Virus record (IMG/VR): IMGVR_UViG_3300032038_006680
Coordinates: 1 to 64,000 of that record
Reading direction: 5' to 3' (one strand)
Source: a virus
Lineage: Duplodnaviria > Caudoviricetes
Length of the DNA: 64,000 nt
Both the position numbers and the translations under genes were made by a program. The stretch's first letter is position 1; each line of letters starts with the position of its first letter. This document shows positions 28,949-37,406 of this stretch, in pieces. Under the pieces are notes generated by a model. It did no database searches. It was not told the origin of the DNA and worked only from the letters and a program-made list of their open reading frames with translations.

Positions 28949-29131
28949 TTATTGTTTTTCTTCTAAAAGGGTGTCTAACCACCATGAGGACTTCTCATCC
29001 TTAATAGGCTCACCCTTGTCAATTTTTGATTTGATTACGGACTGCTTGCAACGAAAATGCTCCGCCGCTGTAGTGAATGTGTTGAAAATCATCTGATGAC
29101 CGAAAGTGTCATTTGCGATTATCTTTGTCAT
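28949..29131 (-). CDS. Small protein, possibly NUMOD1-like DNA-binding
   Basis: IFNTFTTAAEHF motif; ATGA coupling to the upstream gene. Confidence 0.4.
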   Translation of the reverse strand: MTKIIANDTFGHQMIFNTFTTAAEHFRCKQSVIKSKIDKGEPIKDEKSSWWLDTLLEEKQ

Positions 29132-29784
29132 TTATTCTCCGAGGAGTCTTTGTCATTCAGGAACTTAAAAGCCCCACCCTTCACAAGCCATGAGACGGCG
29201 AAAAATGTAAGCGCACCCATCTCAACCCACCAAGTTTTCGCTGGAAAATGAATAGGTAAAGGCATAAGAATCATCACGGCAATCATACCTACCCCGCATA
29301 CACAGTACACGATATTCCTTATTTTCTTTTTCTTCGTTTTCTCTCCGTCGTGCTTGGTAAACAGAAACAAGGCGTTAAAAGCGAGCAGAATAAAGAATAC
29401 CACCGCGCTAGTACAGTGAATTGCGCTAGAAACTTTTGCGGGAACTTGAAAGAATCCTACATAATCAGACGATAGGCTACAGTTGCACGGAAACAGGACT
29501 ATAAGTATTCCGAATACGCCTGAAATCGTGGTCACATAATTGTCAATCTTCTCATAGCCGTCATAGCACATAAGAACGATTGAAGCAGCCGTTAAAATAC
29601 CAGCCAAAGCCGGTGAACAATAGTAAGTCGCTGAAATCGAAAGGTCTGACCAGAACCCTTCCGTAAGCCCGCCAGTCAGCTTTCCGTAAAGAAACGCACT
29701 GAAAAGACTGAGCCAGGGCAAAAGTCCGCCGAGCAGCCCTGCGTAATTCCTTATCCGTCTTTGCCATACCAACCTGTTATCCAT
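29128..29784 (-). CDS. Multi-pass membrane protein, DUF998-like
   Basis: About 6 hydrophobic segments; SISATYY, YDGYE.IDN, IH..SAVVFF, E..AL.FF.VSWLVKG. Confidence 0.65.
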   Translation of the reverse strand: MDNRLVWQRRIRNYAGLLGGLLPWLSLFSAFLYGKLTGGLTEGFWSDLSISATYYCSPALAGILTAASIVLMCYDGYEKIDNYVTTISGVFGILIVLFPCNCSLSSDYVGFFQVPAKVSSAIHCTSAVVFFILLAFNALFLFTKHDGEKTKKKKIRNIVYCVCGVGMIAVMILMPLPIHFPAKTWWVEMGALTFFAVSWLVKGGAFKFLNDKDSSENK

Positions 29785-29827
29785 ATTTTCCTCCTGTGAA
29801 AATATCTGTGATTTTTATTTCTTACGG

Positions 29828-30280
29828 TTAAACAACCGTGAAAAGATAATAATTTGTCAGTTCCCCGTTTCTCACGGTGTTGCTGTCAACCAAGGTGTCT
29901 CCCCACTGTCTGCGGAAATGCGTGTACCTTGTCTTTTGGTTGTACCACCGCTCCACGGTGTACACATTGTCTGAAACTGGCTCAGGCAGCTTCTCCACAA
30001 TCTCACGCTTCCACTTCTGTCCCGTAAGGTACTCAAGCACCGCCGTGGAATCCTTAACGAAGAATTCATCTCCGATATATCCCTTGCTTCTGCAAGCGAG
30101 GTAATCAGCGAGAATGTCAACACGGTATCTTGAGTGGTGTGATTCGTTGTACTCCTCGGCAATCGAGCAGAGGCAAAGAAAAAGACATGAGTAATCGCCG
30201 AACTGTTTTATATCGTCAGCCGATTTCAGCATTTTTGTCTGCAAGCCGATGTATTTTTCCCGAAGTTTGTTTGCGTTCAT
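29828..30280 (-). CDS. DUF261-like / papain-like (C39-type) protein, candidate endolysin
   Basis: FGDYSCLFLCL and THF Cys/His pair; last gene after holin and spanins. Confidence 0.45.
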   Translation of the reverse strand: MNANKLREKYIGLQTKMLKSADDIKQFGDYSCLFLCLCSIAEEYNESHHSRYRVDILADYLACRSKGYIGDEFFVKDSTAVLEYLTGQKWKREIVEKLPEPVSDNVYTVERWYNQKTRYTHFRRQWGDTLVDSNTVRNGELTNYYLFTVV

Positions 30281-30297
30281 TTCTCATTCTCCTTATC

Positions 30298-30573
30298 TTA
30301 CTCGTAAAACTTCTCGTAGATTTCTCGTAATCCGTCATAAAAATCTTCCGTTGATTTGTACCTTATGCGGAATTCTTCAAGCCGCACAATCCATTCAGAA
30401 GGAACGGTTACGGTCCCGTCCTTGTTGTCCGTCATTTCCTCTGCAAGCGGGAAGACAGGGAAGGCAATATCGGGAACAGTAACCTTCTCAACCGTTACCA
30501 CCTGAGTGCTTTGACAGGCCGTTAATAGCGTTAGCGACAGTATCGCCAGTATGCAAAGAATCAATCTTCTCAT
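30298..30573 (-). CDS. Outer-membrane spanin-like lipoprotein (Rz1-like)
   Basis: Lipobox LLTAC, Pro-rich mature part, overlaps the 3' end of the TM+coiled-coil gene. Confidence 0.7.
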   Translation of the reverse strand: MRRLILCILAILSLTLLTACQSTQVVTVEKVTVPDIAFPVFPLAEEMTDNKDGTVTVPSEWIVRLEEFRIRYKSTEDFYDGLREIYEKFYE

Positions 30574-30778
30574 TCGTCTCTTTCTCCAGTTTTGCTTTAA
30601 GATTCAAACCGTCTCTGAGGGCGGAATTTTTCTTTTCCAGTTCCTTGATTGTGTATTCGTACTCTTCGTTTTTCATCTTTGCCAACGACAGCTTTTCAAG
30701 AGCCGTCCTCAAAGCAAAAAAAAGAATCATAACTAATAAGACAAGGATAATGATTGTAATTAGTATTGCGTTTCTCAT
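30488..30778 (-). CDS. Inner-membrane spanin-like protein (Rz-like)
   Basis: GGAG RBS before ATG 30778; single N-terminal TM followed by a coiled coil. Confidence 0.65.
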   Translation of the reverse strand: MRNAILITIIILVLLVMILFFALRTALEKLSLAKMKNEEYEYTIKELEKKNSALRDGLNLKAKLEKETNEKIDSLHTGDTVANAINGLSKHSGGNG

Positions 30779-30786
30779 ATTTTCTC

Positions 30787-31314
30787 CTAGTGCGGAAGCT
30801 GATTCATAATTTCGGGTGGAGCGTTCAGCCATTTCAGCAGGACGACTATTACGGCAATTATGACAATCCACATAATTTTATCTACGATTCGGTCATACCA
30901 TTTTGCGAGCATTTTTTCTTTTTTCTGCTCCAATGCTGAAAGTCTGTCATTGACATCTGTTTTCCACTCAGAGATAGACTGCTCAAAGCCTTTTTTCCAT
31001 TCCTCTGTAGATTCTTTTATTTCCTTTGTGAATTTTTCGATATTCGTGTTAAGGCTGCTGAGATTATTGCTTACGGTGAGGATAAGCGTCTTGTTGTTGT
31101 CAATCTGATGCTGCAAATCGTCCCGGATATTGTCCTGGCGTGTCTTAGCATAGTCCATGGCTTTTGCATAGGCTTTTTCGAGTTTTTCGTCGGCCTCAAC
31201 ATCTTTCTGCTTCAGCTCGGCGATGTCCTCTTTTATGGCGGTGCTGGTAGCTTCAATTCTTCCGAGCTGGTTTTGCATTTCAAGCAACACTTCCTTGTTC
31301 TCCGTGATTTCCAT
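30787..31314 (-). CDS. Coiled-coil protein with C-terminal TM helix (XhlA/holin-accessory-like)
   Basis: Heptad-rich; KIMWIVIIAVIVVLLKWL TM near the C-terminus. Confidence 0.55.
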   Translation of the reverse strand: MEITENKEVLLEMQNQLGRIEATSTAIKEDIAELKQKDVEADEKLEKAYAKAMDYAKTRQDNIRDDLQHQIDNNKTLILTVSNNLSSLNTNIEKFTKEIKESTEEWKKGFEQSISEWKTDVNDRLSALEQKKEKMLAKWYDRIVDKIMWIVIIAVIVVLLKWLNAPPEIMNQLPH

Positions 31315-31317
31315 GAG

Positions 31318-31581
31318 CTAATCTCCTTTTTCTGAAATTTTTTCTATAAGCCGCTGGAATGTTTTGAAGATTGTGTCGTAAAAAAGCGTTGCACCCGTTA
31401 CGGCAACCCAGACTTGCAAGGCCTTTAAGGGAAGGTACATGGCGGCTACCGCGACACCCGCCCCGATTACAAGGGTCGCAATCGTCCAGATTTTCTTTCC
31501 GCCTTTATTTATGAAATTTTTGATTACTCCGACGGTCCCGACTATCGCGATCATCGTCCAAAGAATAAGCTCTGTCTCCAT
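31318..31581 (-). CDS. Holin
   Basis: 87 aa, three hydrophobic segments, charged C-terminus, in the lysis cluster. Confidence 0.6.
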   Translation of the reverse strand: METELILWTMIAIVGTVGVIKNFINKGGKKIWTIATLVIGAGVAVAAMYLPLKALQVWVAVTGATLFYDTIFKTFQRLIEKISEKGD

Positions 31582-31779
31582 TTACTTTGCCTCCTCATGT
31601 TTGATTCTCTCTTCGAGCCAGTATCTGTAACTCTCCATTGCCTTGACCTGCTCGGCGAGCATACGAAGCCCCTCCGCATCAGAGCCGTAAGGCGGGGCTT
31701 CAATGGCTTTGCGAGCCTTTTTGATTTTCCCGCACAGTTCATCTTTTTCTGTAATCATTCGTTTTACGAATTCTTTCAT
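31582..31779 (-). CDS. crAss001_48-like small helical protein
   Basis: F..RM..E.DEL..KI.K.....L..Q..AM..Y...LEERI pattern (recognised by eye). Confidence 0.5.
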   Translation of the reverse strand: MKEFVKRMITEKDELCGKIKKARKAIEAPPYGSDAEGLRMLAEQVKAMESYRYWLEERIKHEEAK

Positions 31780-31958
31780 TTATAAAAATCCTCCCATTCC
31801 CGTTCCGTTGACGGAACTCCGTTTACATATTCCTTACACTCGGTCTCTGCCGTGTAAGTAAATAAGTCGCGTACAAGGCAGAACCCATACGGTTTATTCT
31901 CTTTCTTTCCGCAATCAACCCAGCAAATACAGGTCTCGCAAAGCGTCTTTTTATCCAT
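31776..31958 (-). CDS. Small Cys-rich protein
   Basis: CETCICW..C, GFC, ECK. Confidence 0.5.
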   Translation of the reverse strand: MDKKTLCETCICWVDCGKKENKPYGFCLVRDLFTYTAETECKEYVNGVPSTEREWEDFYK

Positions 31959-32175
31959 CTGTCTTTTGCATGTACACCGTAAGCCCCGCCGCCTCGTAGT
32001 GTTTCATGCCCTCCTCTATCCGGGAGCGTTTCTCGTGCTCGTAAAGGACAACGAGCCAGCCGCCGGATTTCCCCTGCGTTATGCTCGGTGACGACGCTTT
32101 GCCGTCAAGTTCTTTGAGTGCCTTAACGGCTTCTTTCTCACTGTCATAAATTTTCTTGTAGATAATTCTGAACAC
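31951..32175 (-). CDS. SPOR-like small protein (leaderless GTG start proposed)
   Basis: YDSEKEA.KA.KEL.GK....I......W.VVL pattern; GTG is the 7th base after the -10. Confidence 0.45.
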   Translation of the reverse strand: MFRIIYKKIYDSEKEAVKALKELDGKASSPSITQGKSGGWLVVLYEHEKRSRIEEGMKHYEAAGLTVYMQKTDG

Positions 32176-32181
32176 GGTTTT

Positions 32182-32252
32182 ATGATATGAGAGATAAAAA
32201 CAGAGCTTAAACAACTTCTTTATTTAAGCCTCATTTTTTGCCGTGCTACCCT
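32182..32252. promoter_or_regulatory. Back-to-back pair of phage family promoters
   Basis: Minus: TTAAGC(32210-05)-N17-TATCAT(32187-82); plus: TTAAGC(32224-29)-N17-TACCCT(32247-52); both put a start codon at the 7th base after the -10. Confidence 0.75.
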
Positions 32253-32258
32253 ATCGGC

Positions 32259-33779
32259 ATGATGAACCCGATATGTGCGAAATGTATCTATCTCACAAGT
32301 GAAAAAGAAAAATTCAGAAGATGTCCCGCTATCCCGATTTTTCACCGCGATATGCTCTGCTCGAACAGCGAGAATGCGAGGAAAGACCATGTTGACGGGG
32401 TGGCGTATAAGCCGTTTTGCGAGGAAGTGAACCGCCACGGCGAGTGCCTTGTGTATATGCCAAAAGGTCTTGAATCTCCGAAAATCGTGTTTGATGATTT
32501 GGATAATGTCGTGCGTATCTGCGGGACAAAGCCTTTTGTGGTCACTTATGATGACGGAGAATTAAATGCAAACCTCCCTGAATCGGGAATATATGACGAG
32601 GAAACAAAGGTTTATTCAGAGGAATTCAGTCTTCCTCATACCTGCAAGGTAAACGCCGCTTGCGTTGAGGACGGCGTACTTTCAGAGACAGCTACCCTTT
32701 TCTGTGAGATACCCGATACTCCTGAAATCGAGTTTGATAAGGCTACTAACACCGTCATAATCAAGTCTTACAACAAGGTCTACTTCACTACTGACGGAAA
32801 GAATGTTACTGAGGATTCTCCTGTTTACACAGGGCCTTTTGTCATTGACCACAATACCACGGTCAAGTGCCGCTCATACGCGAGGGAAGATTTCTCCGAG
32901 CAGGTTTCAATGCTCTGCATTTCCATCGAGCCACCTGTTATTGACTTCAACGCTGACTTGAACGAGGTCTCAATTTCCGCTGACGACAAGATTCTCTATT
33001 CTACTGACGGAAGCGATATTTACGATGACGCGGCTGAATACGACGGCCCGTTTGTAATTAATAAGAACACTGTCGTAAAGGCAGCCTGTATCGTAGACGG
33101 AGAGCTTTCTGAGCAGGTTGAGCTTGAGTGCAAGGTTCCTAATGTTCCTGTCATCACTTACGACCAGACTACCCACAAGGTTACGATTGAAAGTGAGAAC
33201 GAAGTACGCTACACGACTAACGGAGAAGATGTGAAGAAAAAAGATGTGCTCTACTCTGCCCCATTTTCAATTACCGAGACCTGCACGGTCAAGGCTGTTT
33301 CCGTTGTGGGTGACAGGATGAGCGAGCAGGCAGAACTCCTCTGTGTATTCGTTTCTGCCCCAAAGATTACTTTTGACCCTGACACCAATACGGTCTCAAT
33401 CACAGGCGAGGACAAAATTCTTTATTCAACTGACGGCTCAAAGATTTACGATGACGCTGAGGAATATACGGAGCCGTTTGTCATTATGAAGAATACGACT
33501 GTAAAGGCCGCCTGCATTAAGGACGGAGTTCTCTCCGATGAAGTTACCCTCACCTGCAAGGTTCCGAGCGTACCAACCATCACATTTGATTCAAAGACAA
33601 AGACTGTCACGATTAAGGGAGAGAATACAATCCTCTACACCACGGACGGAAGCGATGTAAAGAAAAAGGACGCTGAGTATAAGACTGCGTTCAAAATTAC
33701 TGCTACTACCACGGTCAAGGCAAGGACTATTGTTGATAACAGGTTGTCTGAGCAGGCTGAGTTGGAGTGCGTGATTTAA
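32259..33779 (+). CDS. Cys-rich N-terminus plus six Fn3-associated / CHB_HEX_C_1-like repeats
   Basis: About 72-aa repeats P.I.FD...N.V.I......Y(S/T)TDG...Y..PF.I....TVKA; no signal peptide. Confidence 0.75.
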   Translation: MMNPICAKCIYLTSEKEKFRRCPAIPIFHRDMLCSNSENARKDHVDGVAYKPFCEEVNRHGECLVYMPKGLESPKIVFDDLDNVVRICGTKPFVVTYDDGELNANLPESGIYDEETKVYSEEFSLPHTCKVNAACVEDGVLSETATLFCEIPDTPEIEFDKATNTVIIKSYNKVYFTTDGKNVTEDSPVYTGPFVIDHNTTVKCRSYAREDFSEQVSMLCISIEPPVIDFNADLNEVSISADDKILYSTDGSDIYDDAAEYDGPFVINKNTVVKAACIVDGELSEQVELECKVPNVPVITYDQTTHKVTIESENEVRYTTNGEDVKKKDVLYSAPFSITETCTVKAVSVVGDRMSEQAELLCVFVSAPKITFDPDTNTVSITGEDKILYSTDGSKIYDDAEEYTEPFVIMKNTTVKAACIKDGVLSDEVTLTCKVPSVPTITFDSKTKTVTIKGENTILYTTDGSDVKKKDAEYKTAFKITATTTVKARTIVDNRLSEQAELECVI

Positions 33780-33804
33780 GCTAATTTTTTTTCTGAACTA
33801 CTCT
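33776..33804 (+). promoter_or_regulatory. Phage promoter family copy (TTAAGC-N17-TACTCT)
   Basis: 17-nt spacer with T-tract. Confidence 0.65.
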
Positions 33805-33808
33805 GAGT

Positions 33809-33950
33809 TTCAGCAGATGTAAGCAATCTGCTGAATAAAACATTGGAGTGATGAGAAGCTTTATTAAATTCGGTTTGTAACGGTTCTTTTCCAATGGGGA
33901 ACTGTGAAGGTGTGCTTGACCGCAAGCCGAATCCAATAAGGCTTTTTGTT
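33809..33950 (+). ncRNA. Candidate structured leader RNA (unassigned)
   Basis: 10-bp hairpin 33809-18/33826-35, then a long stem 33856-65/33935-44, 33868-77/33923-32, 33881-84/33919-22 followed by a U-rich tract. Confidence 0.45.
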
Positions 33951-33970
33951 TGCTCCGAACAGGAGTAGTT

Positions 33971-34609
33971 ATGACAGAAAATGATTTTTTGCTTCAGGAC
34001 CGAATAGCAAAAATCAAATCAATCAACGAGCAGGAAAATGTAATAGGTGAAGTTTGGAAAAAATGCGTTGACTATGAAGATTTGTATCTAATTTCAAATA
34101 AGGGGCGAATAAAAAGTGTCCCTAGAACCATTGAATTTATAAAATATGGGAAAAAATATAGTCGTAAAGTTTACGAAAGAATTTTGAAACTTAATAAACA
34201 ATTTAATGGATATTTATCAGTTACAGTTTCTAGTTCTAACTTCCCCAAAGGAAAAAAAGAATTAGTTCATCGTTTAGTTGCAAAAACTTTTATTCCTAAT
34301 CCAAGTAACTTACCGTGTATAAACCATAAAGATGAATGTAAGTCAAATAATAGTGTAGAAAATTTAGAATGGTGTGATAAAAGTTACAATGCATTATATG
34401 GAACATGTCAAGAAAGAGTTAAAAAACACAAAATAAAACCTGTATACATGCTTGATAAATCCACTGAAAAGATTATTAAAAAATTCACATCTATTTCAGA
34501 CGCTGCTAAAGAAACTGGTGCTCAAATTGCAAATATAAGTGCAGTGGCTCGTGGGCGTGCAAAAACTGCTTGTGGTTATAAATGGAAATATGCAAATAAA
34601 GAGGAATAA
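33971..34609 (+). CDS. NUMOD4-HNH-NUMOD1 homing endonuclease
   Basis: EVWK..V.YE.LY.ISN.GRIKS (NUMOD4); VHRLVA..F.PNP.N.P.INHKD....NN.VENLEWC (HNH); F.SISDAA (NUMOD1); AGGAG RBS before ATG 33971. Confidence 0.9.
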   Translation: MTENDFLLQDRIAKIKSINEQENVIGEVWKKCVDYEDLYLISNKGRIKSVPRTIEFIKYGKKYSRKVYERILKLNKQFNGYLSVTVSSSNFPKGKKELVHRLVAKTFIPNPSNLPCINHKDECKSNNSVENLEWCDKSYNALYGTCQERVKKHKIKPVYMLDKSTEKIIKKFTSISDAAKETGAQIANISAVARGRAKTACGYKWKYANKEE

Positions 34610-34616
34610 AAAAGAA

Positions 34617-35531
34617 ATGACAGAAAATGAATTTATATTATCTGACAGAATAGCAAAAATACAAAGCATAAACGCCATATATGGCTTAGAGCATAATGCT
34701 TATGTTTCGTTTTCTGGCGGAAAGGATTCTACCGTGCTGCATTACCTTATTGATGAAGCTTTGCCTGGAAATAAAATACCAAGAGTATTTTTTAATACAG
34801 GCATTGAATATAAGGCAATTCTTTCTTTTGTAAGGGAAATGGCAGCAAAGGATGAACGCTTTGTCATTTATACTGTCGGTAAGAATATAAGGGAAACTTT
34901 ACAGGCCGTAGGCTATCCATTTAAGTCAAAGGAACATTCTCAGAAACTCTATGAATGGAAAAGAGGAATACACAGTAAATCTCACCGCAAATATTTTAGG
35001 GAAGAAGCAGACGGTTTCTCTCCTTGTCCTAAAGCATTGATGTATCAGATACAGCCGGATTTCAATCTTAATATCTCTCACTTCTGTTGCTATGAGTTCA
35101 AAAAGAAGCCAGCGAAAGATTATTCTAAGGAAAGCGGCAGAAAAATCACTATTACGGGAATGATGAAAGCAGAGGGAGGACAGAGAACTACCCTCAACTG
35201 CATTGTAACCGATTCAAAAAGCGGAAAAGTAAAAAAGTTTCACCCAATGGCAGTAGTTTCTCAGGAATGGGAAAACTGGTACATATCTCAGAAATCAATA
35301 AAGTTATGTGAATTGTATTACCCGCCTTATAGCTTTGAAAGGACAGGTTGTAAGGGCTGCCCTTACAACCTGCATTTACAGGAATACCTTGATACTCTTG
35401 AAAAAGCGCTGCCTGCTGAAAGAAAACAGTGTGAATTCATCTGGAAACCTGTTTATGACGAGTACAGACGAATTGGCTACAGATTACGGAAAGAAGATAA
35501 TCAGCCGTCTTTATTCGGAGGTCAGATATGA
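34617..35531 (+). CDS. PAPS-reductase-family (PP-loop) protein
   Basis: SFSGGKDSTVL PP-loop, FFNTGIEY, CCYEFKKKP, ERTGCKGCP; start refined to ATG 34617. Confidence 0.85.
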   Translation: MTENEFILSDRIAKIQSINAIYGLEHNAYVSFSGGKDSTVLHYLIDEALPGNKIPRVFFNTGIEYKAILSFVREMAAKDERFVIYTVGKNIRETLQAVGYPFKSKEHSQKLYEWKRGIHSKSHRKYFREEADGFSPCPKALMYQIQPDFNLNISHFCCYEFKKKPAKDYSKESGRKITITGMMKAEGGQRTTLNCIVTDSKSGKVKKFHPMAVVSQEWENWYISQKSIKLCELYYPPYSFERTGCKGCPYNLHLQEYLDTLEKALPAERKQCEFIWKPVYDEYRRIGYRLRKEDNQPSLFGGQI

Positions 35532-36274
35532 GTTACGACCTCAGACACGGCGACTGCTATGAGATTATCCCTACGCTGCCCGACAATTCCATAGACCTTG
35601 TAATTTCAGACCCGCCTTATCAGTTCGGAACGATTCACGGCTCCGGTATGTTCAGCGAAAAGAACTATGAGAAATACGGACGGACAAGGAACATCAATAT
35701 GCTTCACAACTTGGAGAAACTTGATTCAATCGTATTCGAGCCTATAAAGCTCCTTGATATGCTTGAGCCTAAGATGAAGTCCTTCTACGGATATTTCTTC
35801 TGTAACAAAATGCTTGTCGCTGATTATATCAGTTGGGCGAAAAGCCGTGGATATACTTTTGACATTCTCACGATGATAAAGAAAAACCCCATACCCGCAA
35901 AATCAACACATCATCTTTCTGACATTGAGTACATCGTCCTTATACGCGGCAAAAAGACTTATTGGCAGGGGAAAGGCCTGGAAATGGACGATTACCGCAA
36001 GTGGTTTATGACGACCTGCCAGAAGCGTATTCACCCTGCTGAAAAGCCTGTCGAGCTTCTTGAAAGGTTCGTGCGTGTAAGCTGTCCTGAGAACGGTCTT
36101 ATCTTTGATCCTTTTGCAGGAAGTGGTAGTACAGGAATTGCTTGCCTAAATAATAGGCGTAATTTTATCGGCATTGAAAAGGATGACAATTATTTCGAGC
36201 TTGCAAGCAAAAGAATTAAGGACCGTCAGGACGAAATAAACGGAGTGGGAAGTTTGTTCGAGGGGATGTTATGA
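35528..36274 (+). CDS. DNA N6-adenine/N4-cytosine methyltransferase (beta class)
   Basis: SDPPY catalytic motif precedes HPAEKP and DPFAGSGSTG SAM-binding motif. Confidence 0.9.
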   Translation: MSYDLRHGDCYEIIPTLPDNSIDLVISDPPYQFGTIHGSGMFSEKNYEKYGRTRNINMLHNLEKLDSIVFEPIKLLDMLEPKMKSFYGYFFCNKMLVADYISWAKSRGYTFDILTMIKKNPIPAKSTHHLSDIEYIVLIRGKKTYWQGKGLEMDDYRKWFMTTCQKRIHPAEKPVELLERFVRVSCPENGLIFDPFAGSGSTGIACLNNRRNFIGIEKDDNYFELASKRIKDRQDEINGVGSLFEGML

Positions 36275-36645
36275 AAGGTTATAAGAAAGCATTTGATTTT
36301 TTAGGATTTTCTGTTGAGGTATGGCTCGTAGATTCCGTACCCAATGGTCACCGAGCTGAAGCACTGGCAGGAGTTGAACCGCACAAACCGAACAGTCCTA
36401 TCGTTCAGATATGGTTTAAGGGACTTGTAAATCCGACTATGGTAGTCCACGAGTGCTGGCATTTGTATATGGAAATGCTTTCTGCAATGGATAACAAGGC
36501 TCATTGGTTTGATGAGTTAAACTCGGAGATATACGCTTATTCATTTCACAGTCTATTCGTTGAAGTTTTGGAGAGTGTTACAGGAATGAAAGAATATCAT
36601 CGTCTTTGGGACGAAAAAGATAAAATCAAGGAGAAAAAAGAATGA
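36271..36645 (+). CDS. HExxH zincin-like small protein
   Basis: VVHECWH ... E.YAY. Confidence 0.55.
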   Translation: MKGYKKAFDFLGFSVEVWLVDSVPNGHRAEALAGVEPHKPNSPIVQIWFKGLVNPTMVVHECWHLYMEMLSAMDNKAHWFDELNSEIYAYSFHSLFVEVLESVTGMKEYHRLWDEKDKIKEKKE

Positions 36646-37013
36646 CTGAAAAAGTGAAAATTGGTTACATTCGCTTTGGTCCGATTCCAAAAGATGAAAG
36701 AAGCCGAATAGGAAACGGAGTCATAGGTGATGAATATAAGTGCGTCGGGAAAGAAAAAGGTGTTTCTGTATGGAATGCAGTTTTGATTAAAGGAAAGTGG
36801 TGTCTTGTTGCACCTCATGGAAATTCTTGTACACACGGAGATTTTACTAGTTGTGCTTTTCCCGATGATTGTCTTGGTTGTTGCAAGGAAGACCTAATTT
36901 ACATTGTTGATGGCGATGAAGTAGGAATCGGTTCAGATGGAGAACCGCTTCTAATAAATGTAAAAATAATTGAACAGCTACCATTTAATTATTTTTCATT
37001 CATACAAAAATAA
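36642..37013 (+). CDS. Conserved-looking phage hypothetical protein
   Basis: YIRFG, EKGVSVW, G..VG.GSDGEPLL; ATGA coupling. Confidence 0.6.
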   Translation: MTEKVKIGYIRFGPIPKDERSRIGNGVIGDEYKCVGKEKGVSVWNAVLIKGKWCLVAPHGNSCTHGDFTSCAFPDDCLGCCKEDLIYIVDGDEVGIGSDGEPLLINVKIIEQLPFNYFSFIQK

Positions 37014-37028
37014 ATTACGGAGGATATA

Positions 37029-37397
37029 ATGACAATTAACGGACACAAACTTCCTGATTGCGCAAATGTTCTAGGTCAAGAATATAAGATAATTTACGAA
37101 TGTGAAGATGAAAATATAAGACTTAAAGATGGGGACGGTTATCTTGAATCTTACGCAAAGGAAATTCACATTGATAAATCTATATTTGAGCAAGATAACA
37201 ATGACCCACTTCAAATGAAAAATCTTGATATTTATGGTCGTAAAGTTATTCGACATGAAATTATACACGCATTTATTCTTGAAAGCGGGCTTTGGGAATG
37301 TTGCAAATGGGCGCAAGATGAAGAACTTACAGATTGGATTGCAAGACAATTTCCGAAGCTTTCGGAATGTTTTAGTAAATTAAAAATTAACCAATAG
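37029..37397 (+). CDS. HExxH zincin-like small protein
   Basis: VIRHEIIHAF ... DEEL.DWIA. Confidence 0.65.
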   Translation: MTINGHKLPDCANVLGQEYKIIYECEDENIRLKDGDGYLESYAKEIHIDKSIFEQDNNDPLQMKNLDIYGRKVIRHEIIHAFILESGLWECCKWAQDEELTDWIARQFPKLSECFSKLKINQ

Positions 37398-37406
37398 GAG
37401 AAATAT

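Noticed and set aside
27639-32252. Reading the promoter family as sigma28 (TAAA-N15-GCCGATAA) sites
   Set aside because: GCCG spacing varies (14 vs 11 nt) and is absent in other copies, whereas the 17-nt spacing to TAnnnT is constant
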